Part shown: piece after piece, positions 30,130 through 34,621 of the stretch
Layout of the letters: every line of letters begins with the position of its first letter
Numbering within the stretch: position 1 is the first letter of the stretch
Source: Halocafeteria seosinensis
Lineage: Eukaryota
Assembly: GCA_001687465.1 (NCBI GenBank)
Contig: LVLI01000179.1
Coordinates: 1 to 34,621 of the forward strand
Length of the DNA: 34,621 nucleotides
Direction: 5' to 3'
The notes under the pieces: model-generated
Told to the model about the DNA's origin: nothing
What the model saw: the letters and a program-made list of their open reading frames with translations, nothing else
Database searches by the model: none
Made by a program: the position numbers and the translations under genes

Positions 30130-32928
30130 TTAGCCTTTGACCGTGCGCTTGGGTCTTTGAACAGGCAGTACAATGACCTTGTCAGTATGTTCGTTTGGTT
30201 TACCCGTAACCGAAGCACTACTTGTTTCAGAAGGTGTCGGCATGGAGCTCCGTGTTGGAGTTGACGTTCCTGTCATAGTCGGAGAACAAGTGGTAGAAGA
30301 TGAAGCCGAGCTAGTAGATGTCCTAGTTGGTGTAGCAAGTGCAGTACTTGACGGACTCTCCGATCTCGTGACCGTCGACGTGAGAGTGGAACTGTGGGTT
30401 GGTGTCAAAGTTGGGGTGGAGCTTACCGTTCCAGTTGGAGTCCTCGTTTGGCTGTGCGAGGACGATGACGATGACGATGGGGTGGCGCTCGCAGAGGAGG
30501 TTAAGCTGCTTGAAGGAGTCTCCGACCTTGTCGTTGTCGCTGATGGCGTCGACATTGGTGACGGTGGCAATTCAAAGCGTAGAATTGGCAGCAGATTCTC
30601 TTCGTCGTCGTCACTTTGTCCTCTATTGAAAGCCCATACGTCCTCAGACCACCCTCCTAGTTGATACAGTTGCCCCTGTATATCGTTCAAATCATCTGAA
30701 TTGTCTGTCTCAACGAGCTTAGTTCCATCATCCACTCCTACGATCGACGCTGCTACTCCATTTCCATTATATACCGAATATTTCACGTGAATAGTACCAC
30801 TTGCACCATTCTCTATTTGTCCTATAATACCGCCAGCATTCGTACCCGTGACTGTACCTGATGCATATGTATTGGTGATGTAGACATCCCCTGTAGACCC
30901 TGAGCAACACCCTCCTGTGTTTCTACCTGTAATACCTCCTGCTTTGGTGCCACTAATATCTCCTCGTGTATAACAATCTATGATATGTACTTCACCCTCA
31001 TTCTCTGCTGTCTCCGCTCCACTGATCCCTCCACTATAATCTGCAGATATTTGTCCCATACTATAACATTCCTTGATATAAATGAATCCATTGGTATGAC
31101 CAGCCTCACGACCCACAATACCACCACTGGATTGGCCACCAGGAATGATATCTCCTGTGGAATAGGAACGAGTTATATACACTTGACCATTCGTATGACC
31201 AGCAAGATTGCCACAAATACCACCTGCATTTATTCCTTTAATACTTCCAGTGGAATAACAATCCGTGATATTGACAATCCCATAATTGGATCCTACACTT
31301 TGTCCTGCAATACCACCTGCACTCGTACCCAGTATCCTCCCTGTCGAATACGAATTCGATATCTTGATTTGACCATGATCATGACCATGATTATGACCAT
31401 GATTATGACCATGATTATGACCACTTCGCCAACCACATATACCACCACCTGAGTTACCAACAATATCTCCTGATGAACGACATGAATCTATGATAAAGAA
31501 TTTTTGCTCTTGTTGGACAATAAATCCACCATTAGATGCAGTTGACCCATTCCTAACATCAAGATTCCGAATCAAGGGAGCTTGATCAAATGATCCAACA
31601 CTACCCATTACAGTAAACAATCCTTGGAAACCTGTAATTCCGTTCAGATCTATAAAGTTCCCATGCTGCCAACCACCATCGAAGATCTCATTCGCATCCA
31701 ACGAGATGTAGTCTTGATTCGTATAGCCATGATCACCCCAAGCCAACACACTACAATTCATTTCAAACTGATTTTGAGCTGCATTATAATGAAAGCAGGA
31801 TTCAGTTCCATTGAGAATCGCAGATCGTAAATCTGTTGCTGCTACTACCTCATTCATAAGAATGCAACCGAAAAACAATGTCACCAACATAACCGTCGTG
31901 AGTGACGAAATATTAGCACTCGTATTTTGTAGTCCGTACGCCAGAGACCCCTTTCCATGCGCTAGGAGTTTCATTCTCCCATAAGAAGGTGGCCACGTCA
32001 GTGTCTCGATTGGAAACTTATATCGCAAGTGAGAAGCCTTTTCCAAAGGGTTGCTGGAAACTGCCGACAAATCTTCATCTCCTGGAGTTGTAAACTTCCA
32101 ACTCAATGCTTGTAAAACCTGGACGGATGTGATCAGCAGGCTCAATACAACGAGCAGTGATTTCTCCTTTGGGATAGTCAAGGCGTGGAATCCAAGGTGT
32201 GTTGTGTTACCACAAAAGCGAACCATCGGTCGAACACTACGGAGTGGATTCATATCCCTCGCTACAGTGCTGGCAGTCGTTAGAGCAGCACCCTCTCGTC
32301 CGCTCTTAACTAGCTTGTTCCACCAATGAAGATAGTCGATAGTTGGCCAATAGAACCTTGGATAAAAGCCATTTTTTACTTCGAGGTGTGCGTTCGTCTC
32401 AGACGTGAGCAACCCATTGGAATGACCCATAAACTTCATGTCACTAGTATTCTTCCGCACCACGTTCATCGCTGCAATTAGATGCTTCATTGCAACTGGA
32501 TCTTCCGGGAGAGTGATACTTAGCCACTGCAACCTTCTTCCCGTTTTCCCAAGTATGTAGTAGTCATACGATAACATCTTGTGGACCCTTCTTCCTCGTG
32601 ACAACGAGCCAAACTGAACCGGCATCGGAAGATAAGGGACATGGTTGCTATGAACCGAATAAGATGACGGCACGATACGAACGGAGAAGGCAAAGCGACG
32701 CAACCTCTGACGAGATCCATGCACTGGGAAAGTACCACACTGCGAAGAGAATCCTGGTACGCGATGCGCTACCGATACGCATGGCTCACTGGGTTGGGGA
32801 CCGTTCGCTTGCTTTGGCTCCTTGTCGGATATCAACTGAGGATGGACAGCAACGAAAGCAACCCCAATCAACGTCAGCGCCCATCGCAAGGTGAGCAAAG
32901 ATGATATACGCTGTGTGGGTCGTGTCAT
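30130..32928 (-). CDS. GLUG-like repeat surface/secreted protein with Ser/Thr-rich stalk, paralog 2 (932 aa, intronless)
   Basis: Same architecture, start (MTRPTQRISS) and end (LPxQRPKRTVKG*) as 9494-12238; uninterrupted ORF. Confidence 0.9.
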   Translation of the reverse strand: MTRPTQRISSLLTLRWALTLIGVAFVAVHPQLISDKEPKQANGPQPSEPCVSVAHRVPGFSSQCGTFPVHGSRQRLRRFAFSVRIVPSSYSVHSNHVPYLPMPVQFGSLSRGRRVHKMLSYDYYILGKTGRRLQWLSITLPEDPVAMKHLIAAMNVVRKNTSDMKFMGHSNGLLTSETNAHLEVKNGFYPRFYWPTIDYLHWWNKLVKSGREGAALTTASTVARDMNPLRSVRPMVRFCGNTTHLGFHALTIPKEKSLLVVLSLLITSVQVLQALSWKFTTPGDEDLSAVSSNPLEKASHLRYKFPIETLTWPPSYGRMKLLAHGKGSLAYGLQNTSANISSLTTVMLVTLFFGCILMNEVVAATDLRSAILNGTESCFHYNAAQNQFEMNCSVLAWGDHGYTNQDYISLDANEIFDGGWQHGNFIDLNGITGFQGLFTVMGSVGSFDQAPLIRNLDVRNGSTASNGGFIVQQEQKFFIIDSCRSSGDIVGNSGGGICGWRSGHNHGHNHGHNHGHDHGQIKISNSYSTGRILGTSAGGIAGQSVGSNYGIVNITDCYSTGSIKGINAGGICGNLAGHTNGQVYITRSYSTGDIIPGGQSSGGIVGREAGHTNGFIYIKECYSMGQISADYSGGISGAETAENEGEVHIIDCYTRGDISGTKAGGITGRNTGGCCSGSTGDVYITNTYASGTVTGTNAGGIIGQIENGASGTIHVKYSVYNGNGVAASIVGVDDGTKLVETDNSDDLNDIQGQLYQLGGWSEDVWAFNRGQSDDDEENLLPILRFELPPSPMSTPSATTTRSETPSSSLTSSASATPSSSSSSSHSQTRTPTGTVSSTPTLTPTHSSTLTSTVTRSESPSSTALATPTRTSTSSASSSTTCSPTMTGTSTPTRSSMPTPSETSSASVTGKPNEHTDKVIVLPVQRPKRTVKG
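31371..31423. repeat. Coding 12-bp tandem repeat (about 4.4 units) encoding GHNHGHNHGHNHGHDHG
   Basis: gaccatgat(c/t)at four times plus gacca; a single unit in paralog 1 (~10735-10751). Confidence 0.93.
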
Positions 32929-33136
32929 GGTTACAGTACAGTATTATCCAGAGAGAAAAAGGCGATGAACCACGCGCTACTTTTCCTTGCCATTGTTCTT
33001 TGCAGTAGTAGCTGTCCAACGCCTTGGTATGGCTTCGGGAGAAAGCCTTAGTTTAATTAACGAGCACCTCTCCCGGTTTCTTGTTTGTCCGTCAATACTG
33101 TACTCTACACAACTTGGACTGTGACGGTGGCGGGGG

Positions 33137-33312
33137 ACTCCCTTATCCAGGAGCATTGGAGGCAACAAAAGCTGCAATTTATGAGAAGAGGTACGCCTGA
33201 AAGCAGTGAGAGCTGTACTTGTGAGCGAAGAATTTCTCCCCCCACCAAACGACTTATTATGCGTATTCAGTGGAGCTATTCCTCTTGACGATCTGCTTGT
33301 CCCTCTCCAAAA
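33137..33312 (+). repeat. Extra isolated copy of one degenerate module, right at the end of copy B
   Basis: ctcccttatccaggagca...ggagctattcctcttgacg.tctgc matches ~8505-8680, ~28098-28280 and ~29105-29280. Confidence 0.85.
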
Positions 33313-33757
33313 GCAAAAAATTTGGGACAATTGTACAATTGTACAGTTCAAAAACTTTTCAGAATACGACTTCAACTTCAACAAAAGCAACGGCCAAACT
33401 ACTTTTCTATGTTATTCTGCCACTTTACGACACTTTGGTAGAAGCACTTACATCAATTCTACCGGTGAAGGCTTCATTATACCCATATCGTTGTATATAC
33501 TGTACTTGGAGTGCTTCCGATACGTGTATTTCCGATAATCATGGCAGCAAGGTCTCCAACCGAGGTACGTGTTGCTGAACTTGAGAATTCAGCGTCCCTC
33601 TTTAAGATGATAGAGTGTACAAGCGCTAAGCCGGATACCGCAAAGCAAAGGCAATAACATTTCTCATCTTTAATTCTGAACAGAGTTCCCAAGAGGGACA
33701 GACGGTTGCTGTGGAAGGTCGAGGACATCCTGCCAGGGAGGTACTTCTATTTGAAAT

Positions 33758-34415
33758 ATGCAGCGAGTTGAAATGCTTCATATACTCTCTCGTATGCGTA
33801 CACAGCAATCGTCTGAGGATACCTGTGAAATTGAACCGTCGTCGGAAGCATGTGGCGAAGCACTGAACGAAGTATGTACCCAGATTGTGCCAATCCGTAG
33901 TGCTGCTCGGCCTACTACCCTGTTTCAAATATCACAGGAAGAATTAGGTTTGGTTGTGAGCTTACCACAAACGTTGGCACCAACATTGGACTCTATTTTC
34001 CCTCTCCCTGAATCCGCTGAAGATCGAGCGACGTTTTACAACCTTTTGCCAACAACGCCCTGCGTATATTGATGAAAAATCGTTCTGCGACTTAGTCAAC
34101 AAGGTCATGGGCCCGATACAAACGAAGCAGGAGCTAATTCGAAAAGCCGCATTAATACGCGTAATCTTACGGCTGTATAAAACCTTCGCCTACTCTCGAA
34201 GCGGCGTGAAGGAATACCTAACGGAATCTGGCACTCGCTTGGGGATTCTGTACAAATGTAAATCCAGGTACATATCGCCATCAGAGACACTGAAGCTTGC
34301 TTGCCGCATATTAGACCGAGTGGGGTGGTTGAACCGATGCAATCCAGGCATGCAACAAACAAAAAAAGACGTACGGTATTGGCTGGCTAGACAATTACCG
34401 CAGAATACAGCCTGA
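33758..34415 (+). other. Two adjacent ORFs of about 100 codons, possibly one decayed or spliced gene of unknown function
   Basis: ORFs 33758-34072 and 34107-34415 are 34 nt apart on the same strand and unique within the window. No recognisable motif. Confidence 0.2.
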
Positions 34416-34621
34416 GAAATCCGTCTGGTCTCCCAAGAAAGGATACACTGTACGGTATGTACAGTATTCAACTCCCTTCTTGGATGGACTGTACTTGTAC
34501 AAATACTCTATTCCGGATCTTTAGATCTCCCTGTGGCCTGCAAGCAATTTGGATGGGGGGTGTGCTGGTGGTGAGGTGAGCATCCCATCCAAGGTCATGA
34601 TGAACGGACCGATTCATGCAC

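Larger units (their letters stand above)
14617..33115 (+). repeat. Segmental duplication copy B (with extra segments ~15103-18448 and ~19345-21235 and internal module duplications)
   Basis: See copy A. The left limit is set only by the start of the window. Confidence 0.93.

Noticed and set aside
1..33115. Duplication as an assembly artefact (two haplotypes placed in tandem)
   Set aside because: Not fully excludable without reads. Kilobase-scale content differences, third and fourth module copies at several divergence levels, and ~85% identity in part of the genes favour true paralogy.

Overview
Intron-rich eukaryotic genomic DNA with short GT-AG introns; the organism cannot be determined from the sequence. 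The window is dominated by a rearranged direct segmental duplication: copy A spans <1-~12444 and copy B ~14617-~33115. Each copy holds decayed TKL-kinase and TPR remnants (minus strand), a decayed Ty1/copia pol interrupted by the 5' part of an aromatic amino acid decarboxylase gene, a long block of shuffled degenerate modules of unknown origin, and one intact, intronless gene for a GLUG-like repeat protein with a Ser/Thr stalk (9494-12238 and 30130-32928, minus). Copy B also carries a 16-exon 4-coumarate:CoA ligase-like acyl-CoA synthetase gene (15210-17716, plus) and an ankyrin-TPR pseudogene. The strongest signal is in the two GLUG-like paralogs. Their repeat framework is almost identical in nucleotide sequence, while two fixed positions in nearly every repeat are replaced wholesale. 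The genes are also more diverged than the dead sequence around them. This suggests a diversified surface-protein family, which is an inference from only two copies. No RNA genes or CRISPR arrays were recognised. All alignments and counts were done by eye.
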